Assembly: GCA_964016885.1 (NCBI GenBank)
Contig: OZ024747.1
Coordinates: 74,896,001 to 74,960,000 of the forward strand
Reading direction: 5' to 3'
DNA length: 64,000 nucleotides
Source of the DNA: Eledone cirrhosa
Lineage: Eukaryota
Of this stretch, positions 39,673 through 56,256 are shown one piece after another. Position numbers and translations under genes: made by a program. Numbering within the stretch: the first letter of the stretch is position 1; each line of letters begins with the position of its first letter. The notes beneath the pieces are model-generated. The model saw only the letters and a program-made list of their open reading frames with translations. It was not told where the DNA came from and made no database searches.

Positions 39673-41150
39673 ATCATCATCATCATCATTTTACGTCCGC
39701 TTTTCCCTGCTTGCAAGGGTGGGACGGGTCTTATTCAGCACAGCATCTCTCCACTCGTCACGGTCCCTCGTCATCTCCACCGTGAGCTTCAATGATCTGA
39801 GGTCTGTTCTCACCACCTCCGCCCATGTTTTTCGTGGTCTACCTCTACCACGTCTTCCTTCAACTGGCATTTCCTGGCACTTCTTCACCCATCGGTCATC
39901 CTCCATGCGCATCACATGTCCATACCACCTCAGTCTCCTCTCCCGTACACTACATTCTATCCCTCTCAGACACAGTTTCTCTCTCAACACATTTATGCTG
40001 GGTCGTTCACGCACATTTACACTGCACATCCAACGGAGCATGCTTGCCTCATTTCTCTCCAGCCGTCGCATATCCTCTGCGGTTGCTGCCCATGTCTCAC
40101 TACCATGCAGCATCGCGCTTCTCACACAGGCATCATACAACCGGCCTTTCGTACGCAGGGAGAAACCCTTCTTCGTCAACAGAGGAAGCAGCTCCCTAAA
40201 CTTCTTCCAACCCGTCCTTATTCTAGATACTATGGCCTCGGAACACCCTCCTCCCATGCTAATCTGATCTCCTAGGTACCGGAAGCTATCCACCACTTCT
40301 ATAGTGCCCTCTCGCATTTGAAAAATGTGTCTATCAGTGCGACTTCTACTGTCTAATTTCCCTGTACATCTACTGCATACATATTTCTCCCTACCTGTTA
40401 GTTTGCCTGCTATCCCGCTACATCTCTTGTGTACCCAGGACCTGCATTGTGTGCATTTTATAGAATTTATGCCAGTTCCTTTTCTGCATATCGAACATGG
40501 CCATTTCCCTGACGGAATCAGGGTTTTGTCCTCTTTTCTACTCATCAACACTTTTGTCTTAGCTAGATTTACTCTCAGTCCTCTTGCTTCCAACTGCTGT
40601 TTCCATAGCCAGAATTTATTCTCTAGCTCCTCTACTGATTCTGCCATAAGAGCCAGATCGTCAGCATAGAGAAGTTCCCATGGACAGCCAGTCTTAAACT
40701 CCTCTGTTATGGCTTGGAGGACTATAATGAACAAGAGCGGGCTGAGGACCGAACCCTGATGTACTCCTACTTGTAACTGGAATTCCTCACTAAACTCCAT
40801 TCCTACCCTGACTTTACTGAGAGTACCTCTGTACAAAGTTTGCACTGTCCTCACAAGCCATTCCTCAACACCCAGCTTCCTTAGGGACCACCAGATGACA
40901 GATCAGGGTACCCTATCAAAGGCCTTCTCTAGGTCAACAAAGGCTAAGTATAGTGGCTTATTCTTCTCTAAGAACCTCTCTTGCATTTGTGTCACCAAGA
41001 AGAGGGCATCTGTTGTACTCTTCCCAGGCACAAAACCAAACTGCATCTCATCTAGTTTGACCCTTTCTCTAATTAGTTGTGCTAAAATCCTTTCTGCCAC
41101 TTTCATAACCTGATCTATCAGTTTTATACCCCTATAATTGCCCCTCTCCT
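39673..41150 (-). mobile_element. 5'-truncated RTE-clade LINE, near-intact ORF remnant (RT with PHD-like finger), essentially no 3' UTR, (GAT)n tail
   Basis: NYRGIKL, QFGFVPGKST, FVDLEKAFDRVP, GVHQGSVLSP, YADD, FRYLG and GRPRKTW all lie in one frame, broken only by a TGA at 40903-40905 (likely CGA>TGA). The stop codon at 39691 is followed directly by ATGATGATG. Confidence 0.95.
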
Positions 41151-41333
41151 ATATATGTATATATATATGCATATATATATATATATATATATATGCATAT
41201 ATATATGTGCATACATATATATGTGTATACATATGTATGTGTATATATGTATATGTACATATTTATATATACATATATATGTATTTATACACATACATAT
41301 ATATAAAGAACGAGGCATCAGTTATGTTTTATG

Positions 41334-41427
41334 AACATATCTTAAGATCCTTCGACTGCAGAGTTGGGTTCGATCTGTAAGAGATCTTGCCTTGAGCTGA
41401 TTGACGGAGAAACATATGTAATATGTT
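41334..41427 (+). ncRNA. Type I hammerhead ribozyme fold with a core G5>U substitution and long stem II
   Basis: AACAUAU-CUUAAGA-UCCUUC...GACGGA-GAAA-CAUAUG-UA^AUAUGUU. Confidence 0.65.
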
Positions 41428-41555
41428 ATTAAATGTGAGATGATGCAACACTGATTCCTCGTTCTTTATAATATTATACTCTGCTCTGCACGAGCATCGA
41501 GTGCTCAACCGGCATACCGCCTATGGACACATTCACCTTGCAACACTACAACTAT

Positions 41556-45848
<4,293 letters not shown>

Positions 45849-45984
45849 AAGCAAAGGGATATTTAATTTGTTGGTAATTCAAATATATATATATTTATAA
45901 CTGATTCGAAGCACTCAACAGGTTTTGTGGAGTTTAATATCAATGATATTAATAAATGGAAACTATATTTATAAAACCATATTT

Positions 45985-46043
45985 ATTCTATTATATATAT
46001 TTCAAGGGTACCAAAACTTTGGTACGCTCTCATCAGATAAAAT
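45985..46043 (-). ncRNA. Type I hammerhead ribozyme with intact core
   Basis: Minus-strand RNA AUUUUAU-CUGAUGA-GAGCGUACCAA(AGUU)UUGGUACCCUU-GAAA-UAUAUA-UA^AUAGAAU: 7-bp stem I, stem II, palindromic stem III, predicted cleavage between 45992 and 45991. Confidence 0.75.
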
Positions 46044-47584
46044 GCAAAGTTTGTTTTATAAATATTGACATATCCCGGAATGAGACCTTAACGGTTCAAG
46101 TTTTACATGGATCCGATATTCAGAGAGCGGGATTGGTCCCATGCAAAGCCTTTCTTCACTTAAAAATCCTTCAAGCACAGGCATCACTTGATATGTGACA
46201 TTCTTTTGTGATGCATGGCATTGCTGGCCATAGGCAAGTCCTCATCAGGACTAAAAAGCCGCATCCGTTATGTTCATGCTTAAATATCAACTGACGTCAT
46301 TACTCGAAACCAAGTTGCAACCAACAGATATATATAAATACATATATATATATATATATATGTATGTATATAGCATGGGATGTATGTATTTTAGGAGACC
46401 TACATTAGAAAGGCTGTCTGAAAGGACTAAAGTGTCAACTCTACCCTGTATGGAGTTTTAATGTCGTTGTATTCCTAGATAGGTTGCCTTCACTATGGCA
46501 TGTGCTCAATTTTTCTGAGAGTTACTGGTCTTCCAGATGTATTGTATTCTCTGTGATTTGCAGAGTTCACACATTCTTTGTACAGAATAAAAGTAACTTA
46601 ACTTAAGTAATAATCATTTCATTCACTTAGCTTAAACAAAACAAACCCATTGTGGCTTTCTTTAGAAATGAGAAGTAATACGCCATATTTGTTAGTTGCC
46701 AGAGATGAGCATGAGTGTTTACCTGTGTAAATAAGTTTTCAGATGAAGCTGCTGAGTGGAAGAGAGACATATATAATGATAAAGAGGGACAGATAAATAT
46801 GGTGAAACACCATTTGTATGATCAGTCATGTTTGCACTACATCCAATAGAGAGAGAGAGAGAGAGAACATATAAAGGACTCTCATCAGTTAAGGAAGATT
46901 CTTAGTAGTAATATGTTAACAGAAATAATGATTATTTGCTTAATTCAAACTTAGTGCCCTCACTGAAGGGGAATAACATACATTTGATTGAAAACCCATG
47001 CATATACACATTTTTATACATACCAACATATGCATATATGTACACACATACACACATATATATATATATACACATGTAAATTCCTACTTACATACATGCC
47101 CATATATATGCATATAAAATTTATCTAAAATCTGCTTGCACATACCCACATACTTATACATACACATCTTTAATCCTGTGTTTATATATACATAAAGAAA
47201 TTGACCTATCCTTTTAATGTTTATTTGGGACCCAAAGGATTATGGTTGCAATAATTTCAAAATAAGTTGGTCAATCATCAAAACTGTCTTTATACATCAT
47301 AGGCTCAAATAAATGCTGTCTCTGTTTAACTGAAAAAATCAAAAAAATCAACAGTGACTAAGACCACTTAATTTGTTAAACTCTAAGCTGGAATTTGTTT
47401 CTCTTTGTCCTTATCAAAGAAAGTACATTCCACATACATTTATTTTGCCACTGGGTAAATAGCCTGAGCTATCTACCAGTATGTTTTTTAATGCATTTCG
47501 AAATATTCTTGAAACTCGTTCACTTTCATTCACCAATAGCTTTACCATGTTCTTAATACCACCAGATTTATATTTACATCAGAT

Positions 47585-47815
47585 GCCTCCATATGTCTTG
47601 TGAGACCATGACTCTGAGGTTAGGGGCTTTATGGGTCTTTGTGATACCATTGACCTGGGGGTAGGGGGGCCCATATGTCTTGTGATACCATGGATCTGAA
47701 AGTAGGCGTTCTATGTGTTTTGTGATGCCAAGGATCTCAGGTTAGGGGTTTTAAGTGTTTTGTGATGCCAAGGATCTGTGGGTAGGGGCTCTATATGTTT
47801 TGTAAGACCATGGTT
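47585..47815. repeat. Degenerate ~40-bp tandem repeat
   Basis: About five to six copies of TATGT(C/T)TTGTGATACCATGGATCTGAGGTAGGGG. Confidence 0.7.
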
Positions 47816-48281
47816 CTAACCTGGTTATCTTCTCTCCAAGACACAAACATACAATTTAAAATTTTTTTTTATGTATGACTTGCAGTTGGCCATGCATGTG
47901 AGTCTTCCCTTCCTTTATGTTCCACTGTTGTCATGAAGGAACAGTCAAGTTTGGCAACAATGTAAAGTCAGAATGTAAAGAATATATATATGGAGTAATG
48001 TGAAATAAAGTGTTTTGCTGAAGGACACAATGCACTGCTGGAAATTGAACTCATGACCTTATGATTGTTAGTCAAACATCCTAACCACCAAGCCATTCAG
48101 CTGGCAAAAATGACTTGTATCTGTATTTCAAAGGACCAGCCTTATCACACACTGTCACACTGAATCTCCCTGAGAATTATGTGTCTGTGGAATGCTCAGC
48201 CACTAACACATTAATTTCACGAGCAGGCTGCCTTGTTCAAACAATTAGATCAATTGTCGGAAATGACAGAGGTCCAATAGC

Positions 48282-48326
<45 letters not shown>

Positions 48327-48336
48327 CCACACACAA

Positions 48337-48390
<54 letters not shown>

Positions 48391-48476
48391 CTGTATATAG
48401 CTGACCAATGAGAGAAAAGAGTACTCAATACTGAAATAGAGTTTAAATATTCATTTATTATAAATAAGTAGTGAGT

Positions 48477-48806
48477 GGAGGCACATGGCTTAGTGGTTAG
48501 AGCATTGGCTTTGCAATCGAAAGGTTGTGAGTTCAATTCTCAGACCGGGTGATGTGTTGTTTCCTTGAGCAAGACACTTTATTTCACGTTGCTCCAGTTT
48601 ACTCAGCTGTAGAAATGAGATTATAGGGACTGGGATCCCTATCATTCGTGGAGGTGCCACGGCAAAAAAGCACCCAGCACTCACTGTAAATGAGGTTGGT
48701 GTTAGGAAGGGCATCCAGCTGTAGAAATCAAGCCAGAATCAGTTCCCGTCCCACGCTTGCAAGCAGGGAAAAGTGGACGTAAAATGAAATGATGATGAAA
48801 TGATGA
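48477..48806 (+). mobile_element. SINE family 2 with RTE tail, inserted into a hammerhead element, TGAGT target-site duplication
   Basis: Highly similar to 38184-38510; TGAGT at 48472-48476 and 48807-48811. Confidence 0.85.
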
Positions 48807-48809
48807 TGA

Positions 48810-48862
48810 GTCTTGTTACTTTGGAGTTTTACTTGCGCATTCACAGGTTCATTAGACAAGAC
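48810..48862 (-). ncRNA. Decayed type I hammerhead ribozyme fold
   Basis: GUCUUGU-CUAAUGA-ACCUGUG(AAUG)CGCAAGU-AAAA-CUCCAAAG-UA^ACAAGAC; perfect 7-bp stem I, two G>A changes in the core. Confidence 0.6.
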
Positions 48863-48927
48863 ACATGTTGGAAATGACAGAGGTCCAACAACATATATAT
48901 ATATACATATACATACACATACACGCA

Positions 48928-48978
<51 letters not shown>

Positions 48979-49799
48979 TACATACACACACATATATGTG
49001 TGTATTCCGTATACATTGTATATATAGTAATGGCACCCCTTCTGACCTTGCCACCTGTTGACCTATTACTGCTCTCACTTCCAACACCTCAAAGGCGATG
49101 AGGGCAGTCATTAACTATTTACATCCTGTAATGATTTAGCAGAAAATATATAAAAATGGGTTTATTAATTCAGATGGTTATACTATCTTTACTAATGGTT
49201 GCATTAGTATGAAGTTTTTGCAGTAAACTAGAATAAAGATTTCAATATTTAATGTGATGCAATCATAATACTGTTTTGTTCTTTTCAAGAAGAATGTCTT
49301 GCTAATGCAGTTTCATGTATTACTCCCCCCCCCCCATATAATTGACTACTGTGGCTTGCATTCATTCAGAATCTACTGGAATCCTACTTTCATAAGTCAT
49401 TCATTCACTAGTGGTCTGCCTTCTTTATCAAATTATATATGTCATTAATGAAATGAAATGATGATTAAACTCTATCCATTCGAGGTTAATAAAAAATGTA
49501 CCAGTCTAGTACTGGGGTTGATTCTTCCTGTATATCTCTGTATCTCTTTTTCTTTTCCATTCTCTCACTCTCTATCCTTTTCTAAAAGAAATGTACTGTA
49601 TTCAGACCTGGAGAGGATATTGGCTCTGCCATGTTTAAAAAAAATGACCTAGAAATGCCATATGTCAATATGGTACCCCTACATCTCCCTTGTGAGTTAG
49701 GGACCATGCATGCAAACACTAATATATTCAGCTATTGTCCTCATCTTGGCTGTTTCTAATAACATTTTGATTGTTGTAACCTTTAACCTTCTTCAGGTG

Positions 49800-50070
49800 C
49801 TTGTTATATTGGACAGCATGCAAATAAAACCTTTAAAGTCACCACAAATGCTAGGCCTCACAATCACTGAAGATCTTTCCAATAGACCTTATATCCACAA
49901 CATAGCCAAAGCTCTATTCCATAGATCCTAACTTTCTTCAAAGATCAAGTGAGACCCATAATGGAACACCACTCCCATACATAGGATGGTGCTGCTGCAC
50001 ACATGGTTATCTTAAACTGCATCTGGCCCTACCTCTCGTCCACAAATGTGCTTTTCTTCTCAGTCTGTCT
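49800..50070 (+). mobile_element. Degraded CR1/Jockey-group LINE RT fragment
   Basis: MLGLTITEDLSNRPYIHNIAKA and QVRPIMEHHSHT*DGA resemble the LGxxIxxDLxWxxHI and QVRPxMEYxSHxWDGA motifs. Confidence 0.6.
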
Positions 50071-50714
50071 TTTATACTCAAGCAGTGGCATGTCACCTAG
50101 TGGTAAGGGTGTTGGACTTACGATCACAATATCATGGTTTTGATTGCAGGACTGGGTTGTGTTGTGTTCTAATTCTGCCTGGGGAACAATTTAGGTGTAC
50201 ATGTGACACCGTATCCCCCTGTAACATAAAATGTTTTTAGATAAAATTATGCTGGAAGTTTTTAATTTAAATAGGAACCCTCTAAAATGGGTGGGTTTTG
50301 TTCCATGGAGACAGAAGTGGTTTTGGGGTAGGTTGCTGTTAAAAGGTTTAAAGATGGCTGAAGGATATTTGACTGTTAATTCTAGCAGGTTAAGCAATCA
50401 AATTCCTCTAAGGCCAAATTTGCTTTTTAGTCTTTTGGAGTTGATAAAATAAAGTACCATTCCAATTTTGGGTTTGATGTTATCCAATAACGCCCCCACT
50501 AACCCACCCAAATATTTGCCTGTGTTATGTTCAAAACACTATTTATAAGTGGCTGATGGCAACTTCTTTTTCTGTTTTTTTAAGGGTCTTCACCTTATTT
50601 TATAAGCTCTTTTACAGCATCTCTTGAGCACACCTTCCTCTATACTTAAATGCTGAAAATTCAGCTTCATACATTGTTTATTTCAAAGTATGTTTTTGCT
50701 ATCATGTAAAAAAA

Positions 50715-50932
50715 GGATCGATCGGCTTTCGTCAAATTGGACCGAGGAAACAATGTTTTCGTCGGTCTTTCCAGTTGCTAGTACTATCTATCGGTCGCAA
50801 CTCCAGGTAGAAGGAGCAACGTGAAATAAAGTGTCTTGCTCAAGGACATAACGCATCGCCCGGTCCATGAATCGAACTCACAACCTCAAGATTGTGAATC
50901 CAATTTTCTAACCACTCAGCCACATGCCTTCA
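50715..50932 (-). mobile_element. CORE-like tRNA SINE variant (related pieces at ~18110-18200, 26000-26240 and 58670-58825)
   Basis: Reverse complement reads GAAGGCATGTGGCTGAGTGG..GAGTTCGATTC..CCTTGAGCAAGACACTTTATTTCAC..GGAAAGACCGACGAAAAC. Confidence 0.75.
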
Positions 50933-53900
50933 CTATCATGTAAAGAGCCAGAAAAAAGTGGATAATAGCTTGTGTTATTCAATCTCACATCTGCCTATAT
51001 GTTGGAAAGCTGTGTTACCATTACATTATAGTGACTAGCCATCACTTTCTATTTTAATGCTATAATCTTACCAGTTAGAGTATAAACAATACAAATAGGA
51101 AGTCTATGAAGTGCATGGAAGATTGAAATTACAAAGTATTATTGTTATAAGTTGAAATCTCAAGACTAAAGACGGAGAAATTGGATTTGTTTCTGTTATA
51201 TTACTGGCAAAAACACCTGCTAATTCCTCTCCAGGTCTATTTAATTGTAAGTAGTCTTTATGAAGTTAAAAATAGACAATTTATTGGAGATTTAATAAAC
51301 TGCATAAGAATGTAGTATACTTCATAAGATGGGAAGGCACATGACTTAGTGGGTAGGGTTTGGGGCTCACAATCACTACCCATTGCTTTTGATTCCTATT
51401 ATGACATGCTAGGTACTTTGTTTCACATTGTCCAGCCTGCTTAGGTGATAATGAGTACCTTGTGACAGATTGCTGTCTTGTCCAAAGGTGAATCTTGTAC
51501 TCTGTCGTTTAATAACCTTTACATTGCTCTATATATACTATTACATTTTCATGGTAAAGGCTTTATCTCACATATGAAATTTTGATATTATTTATTTTGA
51601 GAATAATACCTTAACATCAGTATGAGTGGCCAGTTACAGTTTGTTTGAACAGAAAGAAGTGAGAGAATTCTGGCCGGATACAGCTGGTTTAAACGCTAAA
51701 GGGTTAATACCCTAGCAAACTTGGATTAGCTCTGACCTGTTGAGCCTCTAGGTTAATGAAATACTTTTTTTTGTTTTAACTTTACAAGAATGTAGTTTGA
51801 ACCTTTAATCACTCTGGCACCACATATTTTACACATCTTGTACTCTGACGGTAGGAATCTTTTAAAATCAATAGCCACGTAGAAAAATAAATATGTGATG
51901 TATTTAAACACAACAACAACTGAATTTTTGATTTCTAAATTAAGTCACATGACCAAAAAATTGATTAAATTAACCCTGGTACTTAACTGGTTTGGAAGGA
52001 TGAAAGGCAAATTGACCTTGGTAGGATTTGAACTCAGAATGTAAAAATAGTCAGAACAAATATCACAATGGCATTTATCTGATGCTCTACCAATTCTGCC
52101 AATCTACCACCTTTCAATAACCCAATATTTAAACATGTTTTCATTTGCTTGATAATATTTTTTAAATACTGTAAAACAAAATAAAAGATTAATTATTTTG
52201 GATTAGCAGTTATGTTTAACTATGTCCTCACATATGAATTGAACATCAAATAAGGAGAATAAATCCTTAATCATTGACTTAGCTGTTTTTTAATACATAA
52301 TCTTATTTATAAATTTATATGAGATACTGTATAATTAATGAGCTTTCTGGACTCTTAGCTTCAATGTTTAAGGTAAACTGTAGCAGCCAGTAAGTGCTAC
52401 TAATCCCTTAAGGAATGTAAAGTAGTCATAGATATAAAGCATGTCTCTCTACTGTCTCTTTTGTTCTTAGTATTAGTTATTAGAGGGAGATCTTATAACT
52501 GATTCTAGTTAGAACCCCTTTAATAATATCTCTAAGAAGACAGGTTTTTGTTATTAGTGGAAGCTCTTATGACAGATTCAAGTAAGAATCCATTTAATAG
52601 AATCTCTGAGAAGACTAACTAGGTCTTGTTTGAGGGAATTATTATGACTGATTCAAGTTGGAAACCATTAGTAGTACCTGTGAGAAGACAATCTGGTTCT
52701 TAGTCACTAAATTATTTTATCTAACAAAGCTGTTTATACAAAAACCAAACAGTATTAAAGAGAAGAGAAGGAAATGGAAAGTAGAAAAAGAATCAAGCAA
52801 CAAAAGAAAGAGGATGAGGGACAGACACTACATACAACCCAGTTATGGTTCAGCTGCACCCTGCGGAGAATGGCTAGAGATACTCACTGCAACAGCCACC
52901 CCACCTCGTGAGGCTCCCTCTTCAAATGGGCTGTCATCTTTCTGATTTTATGGAGGAAATCAGCAGTGCAGGGACTAAGGACACCAGAAGACTAGATTCT
53001 CCATCTAGTCTTAAACAAAAAAGGGGTCAGTCAGGCCCCTGTATTTAACGTTTGAAGCAATTTTATATTGCTGAACACCTGAAATGGAAATTTCCAAATG
53101 TTTGAGAATAGGCAGAGCTAATGTGAGAGATATTTAGCCTCAAGTCAGTTCTAATTCTAATTAAGAGGACCTGTGATTAAAGCTGTCACCATCCCCTCAA
53201 ATAGTTTCACAGATGAATTTATCTTAGGCGAAAGGAGTGGGTTTAATCTTTTCATTACCATATTTCTAATGAAAGACGCTGTTTGTGATGTTCAAATCAT
53301 TTTGAAAATAATCAAGAATTTGGAGAGATTAGGTAATAGAACTAACTTTCTAATTCTCAAGCTTGTGCTTGGAGCATGACTTAACAAGAATCTTACATAA
53401 AATTATGATTGAAAAGTATTCAGATAAATATAAACAGTTTAAAATAAACAGCTTTATATTATATACAGAACAAAGAAATTTCTGGAGGCTTGTTATCAAA
53501 AGGAGCTAAGAAAATATTAGGTGGTAATTAAAAGTTGTTTAGTTTCAGATCACATCAGTTCTAGCAGATATATACTGATAGATATTCCAGCCATGGCCAT
53601 TATATCTTGCTTTACAGGCTTACTGTACTTGGAACTACATTATCTAATGTGTCATTTTTTTTTTTCTTAAGATGGTATGGTGAGATATTTGAGAGGTTTG
53701 CTGCTATTTCTAGCAGGTCATGTGATCTTATAGTAGTGATTGCATTTCTAATGAAATAAACTCTAATTTAATAAATTCTGAGGAATTTACTTAAATTATT
53801 ATTTCATTACGAAGATAGTTACTTACTGTAAGGTTCTTATATAAAATTATGTTGGAAGATTTTAATTTAAATTGGAACTAATCACGAATTTGGAAGGAAT

Positions 53901-54529
53901 TAGTAATATGACTAACTTTCCCATTATTAAGATGGTGTTTGTAATATAACCTGTTTTAGATAAATAGTTTTATATCATAAAACTAGAGGTAGGTTCAAAC
54001 GGTTTGGTACCAAAAGGGTTAAATAATGCTGGACAATAATCCTTGTGAGGATTATAGACCAACAGATGCGAACCTATTGTCTGTGGGTTCCATTAGCTTG
54101 TTGGATATTCCAAAATCTTGGGACCTGTGGAAAGATTAATTTAAATATATTCCTTGGTAGTGAAAAGGTTGGTAACCACTGATACACTGTAAAACATTTC
54201 ATAGCATACCTGTTAATACTAATAGAGGCATAAACCAAAAGAAAACGAGGATATATTTGTTTCTTCAGGGTCAAAATAAATATTGATTTTTATTTTTTAA
54301 CTATTGACTTAAGGTTCTCTGTTTGCATTTCTTTTAGCAATTAACCTTATTTAGAAATTGACTTCCAAGATTTTAAACATTTTATCACACTTCTGTGTTC
54401 TGTCTTCATGAGTTAATAATTTATTTTTATGTTTTATATAAAGAACATTATCAAAAACATTTTAGGTTTAACCCTTTAAATACCAACTTGTTTAAAACCT
54501 TGAACCGATCATATTATTACATACTAGGT

Positions 54530-55045
54530 AAAGGCCGTGGATTTGCAGTATCGGTAGAGCGTTAGACACCATGATTTGCAGCATAGAGTCATGGCCCTTT
54601 ACATTCTGAGTTAAAATCCTGTCGAGGTTAACTTTGCCTTTCATCCTTACGGGGGTCGATAAAATAAAGTACCAATAATGCACTGGGGTCGATTTAATTG
54701 ACTTTCCCCTCCCCCAAATTACTGGCCTTGTGCCTATACTAGAAATCATTATTACATACTAGGTACCAGTAATACACTGGGATAATTGCTGGCCTTGTGT
54801 CTATACTAGAAATCATTATTACATACTAGGTAAGGGCAGAGGATTGACAGTATCATATAGCCTTTGCAGTATATAGTTACATCCCTTTACATTTTGAGTT
54901 CAAATCCTCTCACGGTTAGCTTTGCATTTCATCCTTACGATGTTGATAAAATAAAGTACCAGTAACACACTGGAGTCTATCTAATTGATTTTCCCCTCCC
55001 CTTCCCTCCAAAATTGTTGGCCTTGTGATTGTATCAACAACCAAT
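54530..55045 (+). mobile_element. Two SINE family 1 copies plus a duplicated tail
   Basis: Family core at ~54630 and ~54920; tail repeated at 54760-54830. Confidence 0.8.
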
Positions 55046-56205
55046 ATTACATACCAGGTAATATTAGATTTCAGGAGTTAAGTATTTGTCTTTTGTTATT
55101 AAATTGAAAGTTAAGTATTTCACTAAACCTCTTATAATTCTTACATATATTCTTGTACTCTGCAGAGTGTATTGGGCATTTTATTATGGCACCAGCACTA
55201 GAGAGTTTGTCATGTCTTTCACACCACTGAAGACTCCTCTCGTGGAGGTTTTACTCTGCTGGTACTCATTTTCAGCTGAGTATACTGGAGCAACATGAAA
55301 TGAGCAAAATACTTCATTTCACAAGCCAGTCTAGGAATCGAACCCACAATGTCCAACACACTACTGGATTGCACACCTGCACAATATAAACATAGAAATC
55401 TTAATACTGAAGTGATTTTAGAACAGAGAACAATGTTTTAATTTAACTGGTAAAAAAATGCCATCATCATCATCATCATTATGTTATGTCGATTTTAACC
55501 ACGCTAGCATGGGTTAGATGAATTGTCCCATTGTGAGACAAGTCACATCAGGTGACCATGTCTTGCTCATACAGAACTGTTTCCGACTTGGTTTCTATGG
55601 CTGTATGCCCTTCCTAATTCCAACCACGTCCATTTTTCCATGCTGGGATGGGTTGTTACAGAGAAAATAAACAATTAATTGCAGCTACTGTCTTCTCGGA
55701 CACGGGGAACCACGTCTTGCTCAAATATGTTCCATTTTAGCATGGATTCTACAGCTGGATGCCCTTCCTAATGCCAACCACTTTATAGATTGTACTTGGT
55801 GCAGTTTATTGTGGTACTGGCATCTTATTTCATGATTAAGAACTTAATCTTATAAAGGTTTCCCCAAATTAAGATACTTGCTCCAGGAATATGAACAATT
55901 CTAATATATTGTATTGTTAATGAATTTGCAGAATTATTAAAGCATTACACAAAATGCTTTGTGGTATTTAGTTTCAAATCTCATTTAAGTCACCTTTGCT
56001 TTTCATCCTTCTGTGGAACTGTCAGTTACTCAGTTGCTGCTGTTGCTCTGAATAGAGTGTATAAAATGTACCCTACCTCAGAATTTGGTGCCTTATCACA
56101 TTATTAGAAGGGAATATTTTAATATACAACTAATATATGCATCTCTCTCTCTGGAAACAGTATATACTTTAAGGTGTAGATATGATATATATTTATTTAC
56201 ATATG

Positions 56206-56256
<51 letters not shown>

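Noticed and set aside
39629-40669. Plus-strand ORFs of 114-212 aa (also 14038-14376)
   Set aside because: Antisense shadows of the RTE coding sequence.
46225-46260. Second CTGATGA (minus) within the 46-kb element
   Set aside because: It forms only GTCC-TGATGA-GGAC; no downstream stem II/GAAA/stem III arrangement was found.
46743-46850. Possible second coding exon (TTTTCAG|AT GAA GCT.., DEAAEWKRDIYNDKEGQINM)
   Set aside because: Short pyrimidine tract, weak donor and no recognisable domain; not supportable without expression data.
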